A stretch of 64,000 nucleotides of DNA from an uncultured Candidatus Bathyarchaeia archaeon (GCA_964510635.1 CAZEBS010000008.1:30331-94330), one strand, 5' to 3'. Positions 1-8,949 are shown, numbered from the stretch's first letter. Numbers and translations are program-made. Notes: generated from the letters alone by a model not told the origin.

Positions 1-228
1 TTGTGCTTTTCCATCAGCGTCTGCAACTACTAAAAAAGCATTAAAACTTTTCTGAAAATATAATGCTCTAATCTGTCTGTCTAATTTTTGATTACACGGT
101 CCATAAAATTTTGCCACTGAAATGTGAAAATTTGAGATTAATCCCTCATCCTTCATTCTATTTGTAAGTAAATTGAAGAATGGTTTTCCATAAGTATCAC
201 AACAAAAAATTTTAAGCTTCGGTGCCAT
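1..228 (-). CDS. hypothetical protein, N-terminal part only (runs off the window); possible RloB/Toprim-like partner of the upstream ATPase
   Basis: Not in the ORF track. Manual minus-strand translation from the ATG at 228-226 gives MAPKLKIFCCDTYGKPFFNLL...SFNAFLVVADADGKAQ, 76 codons open to position 1. The ATG overlaps the ATPase stop (GATGGCACCGAAGCTTAA), which suggests translational coupling. The VVADADG stretch resembles a Toprim/RloB DxD motif, but this is tentative. Confidence 0.4.
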   Translation of the reverse strand, partial: MAPKLKIFCCDTYGKPFFNLLTNRMKDEGLISNFHISVAKFYGPCNQKLDRQIRALYFQKSFNAFLVVADADGKAQ

Positions 229-1114
229 CTATGATATCCCCATAAAGCCACGATTCGCTCTGGGTAATTTTCTGTGTTCGTAGTTCACTTCTAACTTTTT
301 CGGGATCTTTTATTCTCTTGAACACTGTGCCCTCAGAACTTTTTTCTGATATTATTAATTCTTCTAATCTAGCCATATCTACAATGACTGGTGAATGTGT
401 AGTGATTATTACAGTCGCATTGGAGTTCCTTAATTCATCCGTAATAAATTCCAAAGCCTCAGCAAACAAAGAATTTTCCAGTTCATCTATCGCTAGAAGT
501 GTTGGTTTCAACTCAATAGCAGTTAATATTGCGAGGATTTTGTATAAACCATCTGGAATACTTGGAGGATCAAGTAATATTCCATCTTCAAAAATTTTGA
601 GACAAGTTCTCCCATCAGGTGATAATGAGACTTTTAGTTGAATTCCCGGGAAAAGTTGAGCCATCGCCATTTCTATTCTTTCTGGAAGTTTACCATTATT
701 TTCGAAAAACCAATTGTACAAAATATTGTGAAGATTTCCACAATATTCTGATAAAACTTCTTCTCTCTTGGGAATTGTTGGTGATTTCATGTCTTTCAGA
801 TTTGGATGACGTAACACAATCATATGATCTATTGCATCAGAAAGTTCAGTAAAAATGCGACTTGGAAGTGCTGGACGTTCTTCTTCGGATTTATCTTCAC
901 CTTTATTTGGCATAGCAAATAAAATTGATTTATCTAATCCCACAACATAACCCATAGCAACAGCAATGTTTTTTTGAACTGCAGAAAAAGCAAAACCCAT
1001 CTTTAAAGAAATTAGATTGGTAAATTCGTCTGTTATTGAGTATATCCTTTCTTTGAAATCGCCCATTTTTGGCTTTTCTTTGAAAAAAAGTGGTTCTTTA
1101 ATAGAATCACGCAA
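212..1114 (-). CDS. AAA_21/ABC-type ATPase (RloA/OLD/RecF-like), apparently 5'-truncated with no P-loop
   Basis: It has a Walker B-like LLAIDELENSL and an H-loop-like IITTHSP near the C-terminus. The frame stays open upstream to 1414 with no ATG, GTG or TTG before the TTG at 1114. The upstream in-frame peptide (IPIKGKIRLAIEDHDITYEFVF...) looks like the post-P-loop region, but no GxxGxGKS motif is present anywhere. Confidence 0.6.
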   Translation of the reverse strand: MRDSIKEPLFFKEKPKMGDFKERIYSITDEFTNLISLKMGFAFSAVQKNIAVAMGYVVGLDKSILFAMPNKGEDKSEEERPALPSRIFTELSDAIDHMIVLRHPNLKDMKSPTIPKREEVLSEYCGNLHNILYNWFFENNGKLPERIEMAMAQLFPGIQLKVSLSPDGRTCLKIFEDGILLDPPSIPDGLYKILAILTAIELKPTLLAIDELENSLFAEALEFITDELRNSNATVIITTHSPVIVDMARLEELIISEKSSEGTVFKRIKDPEKVRSELRTQKITQSESWLYGDIIDGTEA

Positions 1115-1575
1115 ACTCTTTTTGTTTTTTTGTACAAATTCTTCATCATGCTTTACTTTTAGAACTTTTCCTTCTCTCTCAAAAGTAAGTATATCATCAA
1201 TAACTATTCTTTCGTAAGGAATTTGGGAAACTCCGCCAATTGAAGTAAAAACGAATTCATAGGTGATGTCGTGATCTTCAATAGCCAGCCTAATTTTCCC
1301 CTTTATTGGAATCTCCTCACCTCTCCAAGCTGAAAAAGAGGAACTGGCAAACCAAGTGGCTACATTACAGCAATCTATCTCTGATCTTGAAGCAGAAACC
1401 GATGAACTGCAGAATCAAGTGACCATATTCCTGAACGATTTCTCCTTGTAGTGTGGTTTGTTTTGTTTCTTGGTTTTTGTGCTTTATCAAGAAAATGTGA
1501 ACTTGACCCTTTAGATTATTTGCACAGAAGTTGCCTGTTAGGCTCATAGTATGCAGCGTTGGCTGTGTCCTAGTT

Positions 1576-2097
1576 TCATGTGAGTGCTGTTAATTCGGCG
1601 AACAACTCTTTTTTGGCTTTACATATAGGGCAGATATAGGGTGGTTCTTCACGGAAGCAGACGTAACCACATTGTATACAATAGTATAGCTTCATTTTGG
1701 GTGCAGTACTTTTCTCGGACTTTTTTGTTGTTTCCTTTGCTTTCTCTGGTGTATCAGTGTAGGCTCTCATCTGTTTTTCTTGGGGTCTTCGCTCTGGGAT
1801 GGTTTTTATGGGCTTTTTTCCCTCATGGACGTCTTTTCTGACGTATAGTGCGCAGTAGCAGAAGCCGTATTCTTCTATGTCTGGATCTCGATAGTCACAT
1901 GGGCAGATTATGTCCCTGTCATACTCGATTTTTCCGCTGGCTAATCGGCATGGACAGGATGGGTAGCCGTAACGTTCCTCATTTTTTTGCAGTCCTTCAA
2001 GAAGGTCTTGTAGAATCTCCTTGTCTGACGTTAGGTAGTAGCCATATGTTTTGGCGTCGTTCTCTGCCCTTTCCCGAACCTGCTCCAGTGTTGTCAA
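1576..2097 (-). CDS. ferredoxin:thioredoxin reductase catalytic-subunit-like protein with a C-terminal rubredoxin-type zinc/iron ribbon
   Basis: The CPC...CPC...CYC cysteine pattern (SCPCRLASGKIEYDRDIICPCDYRD...FCYCALYV) is typical of the FTR beta chain. The C-terminus CIQCGY...CPICKAKK is a rubredoxin-like CxxC-x(n)-CxxC. Confidence 0.7.
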   Translation of the reverse strand: MTTLEQVRERAENDAKTYGYYLTSDKEILQDLLEGLQKNEERYGYPSCPCRLASGKIEYDRDIICPCDYRDPDIEEYGFCYCALYVRKDVHEGKKPIKTIPERRPQEKQMRAYTDTPEKAKETTKKSEKSTAPKMKLYYCIQCGYVCFREEPPYICPICKAKKELFAELTALT

Positions 2098-2378
2098 AGC
2101 TCCAGAACCTCTCGCAGTTCTTCTCTGGAGGGACCAGTCAACAAGATTTCATTGTCTATGATTACGGTTGGGTAGGCAAGTCGTCCTCCCCGACTCAAAA
2201 TGTCCTGCCTTATCGTTTCTTTGTCTTCTCTGCTGCACAGATCAATGTCAATATATTCGTGTTCAACTTCCAAGTCCTTAAGAGTCTGTTTTGCTCGTTT
2301 GCACCAGCCGCAGGTGCTTATGGCATACAAGATAACTTTATGCTTACGATTTTTGCCCTCAACTTTTGTTGTCAGCAT
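2094..2378 (-). CDS. glutaredoxin-like small thioredoxin-fold protein
   Basis: 94 aa with a CGWC active site (AISTCGWCKRAKQ) and a thioredoxin-fold layout. It overlaps the downstream FTR-like gene by 4 nt. Confidence 0.75.
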   Translation of the reverse strand: MLTTKVEGKNRKHKVILYAISTCGWCKRAKQTLKDLEVEHEYIDIDLCSREDKETIRQDILSRGGRLAYPTVIIDNEILLTGPSREELREVLEL

Positions 2379-2440
2379 CTTATACCAGATAATACCCTAT
2401 CAAGGCATGATTTAAGCATTGATGAAATGGGCTTCTGTCG

Positions 2441-3235
2441 TTATTTGATGAGGCGTTTCTTCATCAGGTTTATGGACAGAATAAACAAGACTGGCGTCAC
2501 TATCAGAATCCAAGCAAGGTTCAAGAAAATGGACGGTTGAAGGTTACTGAGGGCTAAAGCTCTTGTTACTGCTACAGCGTTGCTGAGGGGAAGAAGAAGT
2601 TGTGCGACTGTCTGCAGAAACTGGGGCATTTGAGTTAGGGGGAAGAATGTTCCGCTTAGAAGAAACATGGGGGTTATGAAAAGGAAGCTTGGGTAACTGA
2701 AGGAGTCAATGTTTGGGACAAGGGCTGTGAAGCACATGGCTATTGACGCAAAGAGGAACCCAACAAGGAATGCAAGGGGCGGAATCAGCAGAAGCAGGGG
2801 AGTGACTGGTACGCCAAAGACAACTATGACACCCAGCACTATGGACGAGTTGATGAGGCTCTTTGTTGCGCCCCACAGGATTTCGCCTGTTATAACCTCC
2901 TCTATAGTGATTGGCGTGGCTATTATGGCATCAAAAGTTTTCTGGAAATACATTCGCACAAACGAAGCGAAGGTGCACTCGTAATAAGCCGAGAACATCA
3001 TCGAAACCGCAACCAACGCAGGAGCAATAAACTGGATATACGGTTCACCATCGATTGCATCAACAAAGCCTCCAAGCCCAAAACCTAAAGCAACCAAATA
3101 AAGAACAGGCTCCAGCAGGGACGGAAGAAAATTGGTCTTGTATGTTTTCATGAAAACATCCTTGTTTCGCATCCAAACCTTCCAGACGCGGTAACTAAGT
3201 TTAGGAACCCGAAAAAGTTCAGCTATTTTACTCAT
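2441..3235 (-). CDS. ABC-2 type transporter permease
   Basis: 264 aa and multi-TM. It abuts the ATPase gene upstream (a shared base at 3235), the typical ABC-2/DrrB/NodJ arrangement. Confidence 0.7.
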   Translation of the reverse strand: MSKIAELFRVPKLSYRVWKVWMRNKDVFMKTYKTNFLPSLLEPVLYLVALGFGLGGFVDAIDGEPYIQFIAPALVAVSMMFSAYYECTFASFVRMYFQKTFDAIIATPITIEEVITGEILWGATKSLINSSIVLGVIVVFGVPVTPLLLLIPPLAFLVGFLFASIAMCFTALVPNIDSFSYPSFLFITPMFLLSGTFFPLTQMPQFLQTVAQLLLPLSNAVAVTRALALSNLQPSIFLNLAWILIVTPVLFILSINLMKKRLIK

Positions 3236-4155
3236 TAGTCCTTCAGGCTCCTTCCTGCCAACTTCAGGAAAACGTCTTCAAGGTTACTGTCTCTTATCAA
3301 GGCGCCCTTAAACGAGGCTTCATCAAGCACTTTAGCTAAGACGCCTCTTGGCTTATGGGCAAAAACTTGGATTTTGTCGCCGACAACATCTATTCTGGCT
3401 TTAGGAAAATTCTGGTTCAGGCACGTCATGGCTTCTTCACTGTAGAGGACTTCAAGAACCTCTTCGCCCACATGCTTCTTGACCATGTCCGCGGGCTTGC
3501 CTTTTTCGATGATTTTACCGTGGTCCATAATGATTGTTCGGTCGCAGAGCTGAGCTGCCTCATCCATGTAATGGGTAGTCAGTATGACTGTGACCTTTTG
3601 TTTCTGCAGGTTCCGAATCTTGGTCCATATCAGGTGACGAGCCTGCGGGTCTAAACCTGTTGTCGGCTCATCCAGAATCAGTATCTGGGGCTCATTCATC
3701 AAGGCTCTGGCAAGAATCAGTCTGCGTCTCATTCCGCCAGAAAGAGCGGTAATTATGGTGTCTCTCTTCTCTTCCAGCTGCATAAACTTGAGCAGTTCCT
3801 CCGCCTTTGTTTTTGCTTTATTTTTCGGAATGTCATAGTATCTGGCGTAGACTATAAGGTTCTGGAAAACTGTAAAATCTGGGTCCAAGTTGTCTTCTTG
3901 GGGCGCCACGCCAATTAGGGCTTTAATTTCCCTGTTGCGTTCTGTAACATCCATTCCAGCTAACTCTAATTTGCCGCTGGTTAAAGGAGAAACACTTTGG
4001 ATCATTCTCATGATTGTTGTTTTTCCTGCCCCGTTGGGTCCAAGAAAGCCGAAGCTTTCGCCTTTAAGAATTTCAAAGTTGATGCTGTCTACTGCAACAA
4101 GGTCACCGAACTTTTTGGTCAGGTTTTCGGCTTTGACCAGAACCTCCCGCTCCAT
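3235..4155 (-). CDS. ABC transporter ATP-binding protein (DrrA/NodI-like)
   Basis: Walker A GPNGAGKTT, signature LSGGMRRR and Walker B ILILDEPTTGLD. Confidence 0.9.
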   Translation of the reverse strand: MEREVLVKAENLTKKFGDLVAVDSINFEILKGESFGFLGPNGAGKTTIMRMIQSVSPLTSGKLELAGMDVTERNREIKALIGVAPQEDNLDPDFTVFQNLIVYARYYDIPKNKAKTKAEELLKFMQLEEKRDTIITALSGGMRRRLILARALMNEPQILILDEPTTGLDPQARHLIWTKIRNLQKQKVTVILTTHYMDEAAQLCDRTIIMDHGKIIEKGKPADMVKKHVGEEVLEVLYSEEAMTCLNQNFPKARIDVVGDKIQVFAHKPRGVLAKVLDEASFKGALIRDSNLEDVFLKLAGRSLKD

Positions 4156-4408
4156 AACAACAGCACCTTCTATCTCCCTTGTGCTTTCAGTCTAATAAAA
4201 GATAACAAACTCTCAGCTAACATGAAATTTGTTTCTGCTGTTTTTTCTGAAGTGGAAGAGTTTGTTGCCATTTTTGGGGTAGCCGCCATCGTTGCTGTGT
4301 TAGCTGTTGGGCTAGTCTATTTCAAGGTACGGAAGCATTGACAAGAAGTCGTCTTTGTGAAAGGTTATCAACATGGTATGTTATTGATATGTCGGGTTTG
4401 TTGCGGCG

Positions 4409-5302
4409 ATGGAGTGGCTTGTGTTTGCTTTGCTGTGCCCCGCCTTCTGGGGCTTGAACAATGTCCTCTACAAGTTTCTCATGACCAAAAAGTTTCGCGG
4501 CTACTTTCCCATGCTCTCATTCATGGGCATAGCAGATGCTCTCCTAGTAGCAATAGTGGGCTTAATTAACCCTGCCACTTTCGTTTTTCCATACACCTTC
4601 TTTGCCATGGCTGTTGGGCTTCTGCCCCTCTTGGCTTTCTGGTTCTACTCCAAAGCCCTTATGCTAGAAGAGATATCACGGATAACACCCCTGTTCCAGT
4701 TCATTCCCATCTTCGTTGCTTTGCTGTCAGTTGTTTTCTTGAACGAAATCCTAACTGCCCAACGATACTTGGGCGTTGCCATCATCATAATCGCTTCGTT
4801 GCTGATTTCATACAGAAACTCGAAAACTGGAAAGTCGATATCGGCTGCGCTAAAGTTCATGTTGCCCTTCGCTTTGATTATTGCCGTGCATTCGATTCTG
4901 GAGAAGTTTCTGTTAGCCCACATGGAATATTGGTCAGTATTCTTCTGGAACATTGCAGGAGCCTTCTGCGGCATTCTGTTCCTGATGATTTTTTCTAGAC
5001 ACCGCAGAGAATTCACTGAAACCCTTCACACTGCAGGAAAAAGAGGCTTCATTGTGATGCTCTTGGGAGAAGGCGTATACTTTTTGGGCTCAATGAGCTG
5101 GCTAATCGCCGCCTCCATGGGCTACGTCTCTTTGGTCTCCGCCTTCGCAGGCTTACAACACTTTTTTGTTTTCATTTATGTGCTGCTGTCAAGTGTGTTC
5201 TTGCCTCAGCACCTTGAAGAGGAACTGAGCAGAGGCGTAATTGTGTTGAAGGCTTCTGCGATAGCGTTGATGGTCGCAGGAACTTGGCTAATAAGCGTGT
5301 AA
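4409..5302 (+). CDS. EamA/DMT-family transporter
   Basis: 297 aa with about 10 predicted TM helices arranged as two similar halves, which is typical of the DMT superfamily. Confidence 0.6.
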   Translation: MEWLVFALLCPAFWGLNNVLYKFLMTKKFRGYFPMLSFMGIADALLVAIVGLINPATFVFPYTFFAMAVGLLPLLAFWFYSKALMLEEISRITPLFQFIPIFVALLSVVFLNEILTAQRYLGVAIIIIASLLISYRNSKTGKSISAALKFMLPFALIIAVHSILEKFLLAHMEYWSVFFWNIAGAFCGILFLMIFSRHRREFTETLHTAGKRGFIVMLLGEGVYFLGSMSWLIAASMGYVSLVSAFAGLQHFFVFIYVLLSSVFLPQHLEEELSRGVIVLKASAIALMVAGTWLISV

Positions 5303-5345
5303 CCTCGCCAGTGAGACAGCGCATGGCATTAACAGTAAAACAATG

Positions 5346-6062
5346 TTACTTTTCCAATTTGATAATTCCATCAGGCTTGGCAAGGTAGACTACATCTGCC
5401 AATCCAATGAAGAGCCCAGTTTCTATTACTCCGGGAACAAGCTTCAGCCGTCGATTCAGTTCCTCAGCATCAGATATGAGACCAAAATCCACATCCAAGA
5501 TGTAATTGCCGTTATCCGTAACCACTGCGCCAACCTTCCCTTTGGACTCCCGCAGAAAGGGCGTCCCGCCCAGCTTCTTTATCTCCGCCGTGGCTGTTGC
5601 CAAGGCAAAGGGAAAAACTTCCACTGGAACCTTAAAGGCTCCCAGCTTCTCTACAAGCTTTGTTTCATCCGCAACAATAACAACCTGCTTGGCTGCTGTG
5701 GCAACAATCTTCTCTCTTGTTAATGCTCCGCCCCCGCCCTTAATCATATCCAACTTGCCGTCAACTTCGTCGGCTCCGTCAATATCCAAATCAAGGACAG
5801 GGTGCTCATCTAAGGTCGTTAAGGGAACCCCTGACTGCACCGCCACTATCATAGCTTGACTGGAGCTTGGAACTCCCAGAACCTGCAAGCCCTCCTCCCG
5901 AATAAGGCGCCCAATCTCCTCTACAACATAGGCTGCTGTGCTTCCACTACCCAACCCAACAACAAAACCGTCCTTCACATGCTTAACTGCCGCCAAAGCT
6001 GCCCTACGTTTAGCTTCTTCTCTCCAACTCACCGTGTCAAGCCTCAGTTTCCATTTGCCCAA
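5346..6062 (-). CDS. rpiA: ribose-5-phosphate isomerase A
   Basis: RpiA motifs VVGLGSGSTA, DGADEVD and KGGGGALTREK. Confidence 0.9.
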   Translation of the reverse strand: MGKWKLRLDTVSWREEAKRRAALAAVKHVKDGFVVGLGSGSTAAYVVEEIGRLIREEGLQVLGVPSSSQAMIVAVQSGVPLTTLDEHPVLDLDIDGADEVDGKLDMIKGGGGALTREKIVATAAKQVVIVADETKLVEKLGAFKVPVEVFPFALATATAEIKKLGGTPFLRESKGKVGAVVTDNGNYILDVDFGLISDAEELNRRLKLVPGVIETGLFIGLADVVYLAKPDGIIKLEK

Positions 6063-6717
6063 GCCGCTCCAAAACCTTTTCCACCTCAGACCTTATCTGG
6101 TCAATCCTCTCTTCAGCCTCAGTTTTCTTTGGTTTCGAGGGCTTACGCGGCTTCCTGGCTTTTTCAGGGCTAGGAGACGGAACAGGAGGTTTAGGCTTGG
6201 TGACCTCAGGCTTCGGCTCTAGGTCCAGATTAATCCTTAAGCCGCCTATCTTTTTGTTTATCTCATCGAACCTTTCATTGAACAGTTTGATGAGGTCCTC
6301 TTGCATGCCTTCCAGTTCATGGAGTGAAACAACTGACTCGTTCTCGGTAATAGAATCTTTGATTTCTTTGATTCTAGACTTGTAATCTTGTGCTAAGCGG
6401 TCTCGCTCCTTCTCGTCTATCTTTCCTTCTGCATGAGCTTCATAGATACGCCTGATGCCGAAACTGAGGATTTCCCGTTCTACATCTAATCTACTAAGTT
6501 CCTTCTTGGATTTTTGAGCGTCAAAATTTGTGACCGTTCGCCCTCCCCTCAGAGGCAATATCGAAGGCGCCTCTTTTACTTTGGACGGCTCCTCGCTGAC
6601 CTTCTTTTTCCTTTCACTCCTCATCATATAGACTGCTATCAAAGCTACTATAACTGCCCCTACTGCAACAGCATACGGCAACACATCAGAAATCACGAAA
6701 CTTCCTTCTCCAACCAC
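6037..6717 (-). CDS. membrane-anchored coiled-coil protein with a Lys/Pro-rich segment, unknown function
   Basis: It has an N-terminal TM helix (VLPYAVAVGAVIVALIAVYMM), charged heptad-like helices and a KPKPPVPSPSPEKARKPRKPSKPKK segment. Confidence 0.5.
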   Translation of the reverse strand: MVGEGSFVISDVLPYAVAVGAVIVALIAVYMMRSERKKKVSEEPSKVKEAPSILPLRGGRTVTNFDAQKSKKELSRLDVEREILSFGIRRIYEAHAEGKIDEKERDRLAQDYKSRIKEIKDSITENESVVSLHELEGMQEDLIKLFNERFDEINKKIGGLRINLDLEPKPEVTKPKPPVPSPSPEKARKPRKPSKPKKTEAEERIDQIRSEVEKVLERLGQMETEA

Positions 6718-6946
6718 GTTCCTTTTTTTTATTGTTGTATATAAGCTTGAGGAACAGGTTTCTGAAGCTTTTGGTCATTTTTGTGCAAAAAACTCCCCAG
6801 ACCCCCCCGAAAAGCCTCCGTAAAGGAGTATTTGGCAAATTGGGACCAAAAAAGCTGATGACTAAAGCAGAGATGCCGCGGGGAAGAGACAATGTTTCGC
6901 GACTGACTGTTCCTTCTATTTGGTCTTCCTTTTTCCTTCCGTGTTG

Positions 6947-7309
6947 CTACTCGATTTCAAATTTTTCTGTTGACGCGAGTTCAAGCTCATGGGTAAAGGC
7001 TCTGATGGCGTGTCTTTGCTGTATTCTGGTCCATACTGTTGGACCGAACAAGGTGACAAGACCAGTCGTTATCATGGCCAATGCAATTGGAAAGACTGTT
7101 GCATAAGTGTTACTCCACCATTGAAGAGATCCCTCATAACTCCACATCTCTTCCAACGTCAGTTTTGAGGAATCCAACAATTGAGCGTAGCTCTGGATGG
7201 CGGATGTTGTGTAGAGTAAGGTGCTGAAGCCTACTACCAGAAGCAAGATTGCCGTTAAAGCCGCAAATTTGAATCGATTAATTTTTTTCAAATTTTTAAG
7301 TGCAAGCAT
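6947..7309 (-). CDS. hypothetical two-TM membrane protein
   Basis: A 120-aa ORF with two hydrophobic helices and no recognisable family. Confidence 0.4.
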   Translation of the reverse strand: MLALKNLKKINRFKFAALTAILLLVVGFSTLLYTTSAIQSYAQLLDSSKLTLEEMWSYEGSLQWWSNTYATVFPIALAMITTGLVTLFGPTVWTRIQQRHAIRAFTHELELASTEKFEIE

Positions 7310-7507
7310 GACTAGGCCCCATTCACGCTTCTTATGTCTTTTGAATTAATATATCGCTTATTTCAGGCTAGACCGTAATTCGAACTGGGACATATGTCAA
7401 AAACAACAATATGCGCTCCCGCTCGGCTGCTAGCGCCTGAACCCTGAAGACAGAGCCGGGACTAAATACTCATAAATTTTGTCCTGATATTAGGCAGCTT
7501 TTTGAAT

Positions 7508-7870
7508 TCAGTTATAAGCTTCAGGTTTTTTGTTCGTTATTGAAGCCGAAAGCTTGAACTTCATTTCATAGAGCTGGTCGAGAAGCAAAAAGTGGGCTTC
7601 AACCTCTTCGTATTCTTGTTTAAGCTTTAAGCATAACCGTTTGATGCTGACTGTCCTTATAACTTGCGCTCCCTCTTTTCCCAGCAGCTTCTCAAGATAG
7701 GAGATAGTGGACTCGATTTCGTTGCTGACCTCTTCTAGGTTCAGTGATTGTCTTCTTTTTGTAAACGAGTGAACCAACTCGGAGACGCTTTCGCCAAGCA
7801 TTAGCCTGAGTGTATCATCTAATGCCTCAAACATTAAATCGTTAAAGCTATCCATTTGATCAAATCCCAA
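7508..7870 (-). CDS. hypothetical protein
   Basis: A 120-aa ORF that is helical and acidic, divergent from the PadR gene. The start is uncertain (internal MDSFNDL is an alternative). Confidence 0.4.
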   Translation of the reverse strand: MGFDQMDSFNDLMFEALDDTLRLMLGESVSELVHSFTKRRQSLNLEEVSNEIESTISYLEKLLGKEGAQVIRTVSIKRLCLKLKQEYEEVEAHFLLLDQLYEMKFKLSASITNKKPEAYN

Positions 7871-8023
7871 AGGTGGAAACCAAAGTTGTCTATTATCTAT
7901 TTCAGATTCGGATTCTACCCTAAATATTTTTATGTTTCGTTCGGATTCGGAATTCGAATCATATGTAAAAGTTAAATAGAAAAAAAGCTACTTTAGTCTA
8001 ATTCTAAATTGGAGTCTGAGTAA

Positions 8024-8353
8024 ATGCCAACAAAAATCGTGGAAAACTTGAGAAGGCGAACCATCAAAACCTTCATGGACATGCTGATACTAGCTGAACT
8101 ACAACACAAACCCCTAAGCGGCTACGACATTATCAGCCTTATTCACAAAAGGTTCAATGTTCTCGTAAGTTCCGGCACAGTCTATTCCCTACTATATTCT
8201 CTTGAACGGAAAGGTCTCGTTGCTGCTGATCTGGATCAACGAAAACGAGTCTACACCTTAACTGCGAAAGGAGAACAAACCCTAGACACTGTGGAGAGAG
8301 CAAATGGAGAAATAAACGGTCTTGTGCAGAATCTGATATCACGCAGACAATAG
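8024..8353 (+). CDS. PadR-family transcriptional regulator
   Basis: PadR winged-helix signature: LSGYDIISLIHKRFNVLVSSGTVYSLLYSLERKGLV. Confidence 0.85.
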   Translation: MPTKIVENLRRRTIKTFMDMLILAELQHKPLSGYDIISLIHKRFNVLVSSGTVYSLLYSLERKGLVAADLDQRKRVYTLTAKGEQTLDTVERANGEINGLVQNLISRRQ

Positions 8354-8620
8354 GACGATTACCTGAATAGCGTCCATAACATCTATCGCCTCTACTGTTC
8401 TGCAGATTGCACAGACTCTAGTCTCAACAAGAAAGATGCTCTGAACTTGAATCATTTCTGTGTTGTACCCTGCTTGATGAGATTCAGGGCTCAAACCAGT
8501 AGAAGCACTAAGATACGAATAACAGTGGGGTTCAATGTATTCTAATGTGTATGTGAACTCTAGTCTGTAACCTTCTGCTGTGCTACTGAATTTCAGAAAA
8601 AGTATTTTTTCAACAATCAT
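8339..8620 (-). CDS. hypothetical protein
   Basis: A 93-aa ORF. Its 5' end and upstream palindrome are duplicated as a remnant at 21631-21686. Confidence 0.35.
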   Translation of the reverse strand: MIVEKILFLKFSSTAEGYRLEFTYTLEYIEPHCYSYLSASTGLSPESHQAGYNTEMIQVQSIFLVETRVCAICRTVEAIDVMDAIQVIVLLSA

Positions 8621-8643
8621 CTGCTATTAGCTGCCTAATAGAG
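8589..8643 (+). repeat. dispersed repeat of about 55 bp, copy 1 (partner at 21631-21686), containing the palindrome CTATTAG-N4-CTAATAG
   Basis: Copy 1 is aatttcagaaaaagtattttttcaacaatcatctgctattagctgcctaatagag. Copy 2 is aatttcagaaaaaatactgttttcaacaatgaacctctattaggaccctaatagat. Confidence 0.75.
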
Positions 8644-8761
8644 GTACATTATTGAAAATAGTCCTTTTTCGGAAAAACAAGCATAACCAGCTACTAGTTT
8701 CAGATTGGAAAGTATTATATGTGCAGATAATCGATAAAGTAGAAACGTGTTGTCTGCGAAT

Positions 8762-8911
8762 ATGCCCTTAACACAACACCTGCTGATAATTTTGGTCATA
8801 ATTGTAGCCGTCTTCATGTTCATCCTCCTTTTGCCAACCATACTTGAGCTGAGAAAGCCCAAAGACGCTGGACCACGCAAAATAACCGAAGAGGATGAGG
8901 AAGAGGACTAA
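8762..8911 (+). CDS. small single-TM protein with an acidic tail (49 aa), hypothetical
   Basis: Manual translation gives MPLTQHLLIILVIIVAVFMFILLLPTILELRKPKDAGPRKITEEDEEED. It is below the ORF-track length cutoff, and the antisense ORF 8635..8880 is less plausible. Confidence 0.3.
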   Translation: MPLTQHLLIILVIIVAVFMFILLLPTILELRKPKDAGPRKITEEDEEED

Positions 8912-8949
8912 CACAAAAAGTCTTCTTCACTGTTTTGTGAGAAAATATG

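Noticed and set aside
1848-2540. A 230-aa ORF on the + strand
   Set aside because: It is entirely antisense to the FTR-like and glutaredoxin-like genes, which have clear family motifs. Its product is low-complexity with no motifs, so it is a shadow ORF. The same reasoning applies to most other antisense track ORFs, for example 318..641, 3355..3654, 10323..10622, 27298..27711, 35095..35472, 42434..42784, 54840..55241 and 56805..57344.
7890-7975. Repeated TTCGGATTC units and a GAATTC-centred near-palindrome in the divergent PadR promoter region, as a PadR operator
   Set aside because: The repeats are short and imperfect and do not form a clean inverted repeat. This is plausible, but the sequence alone does not support it.
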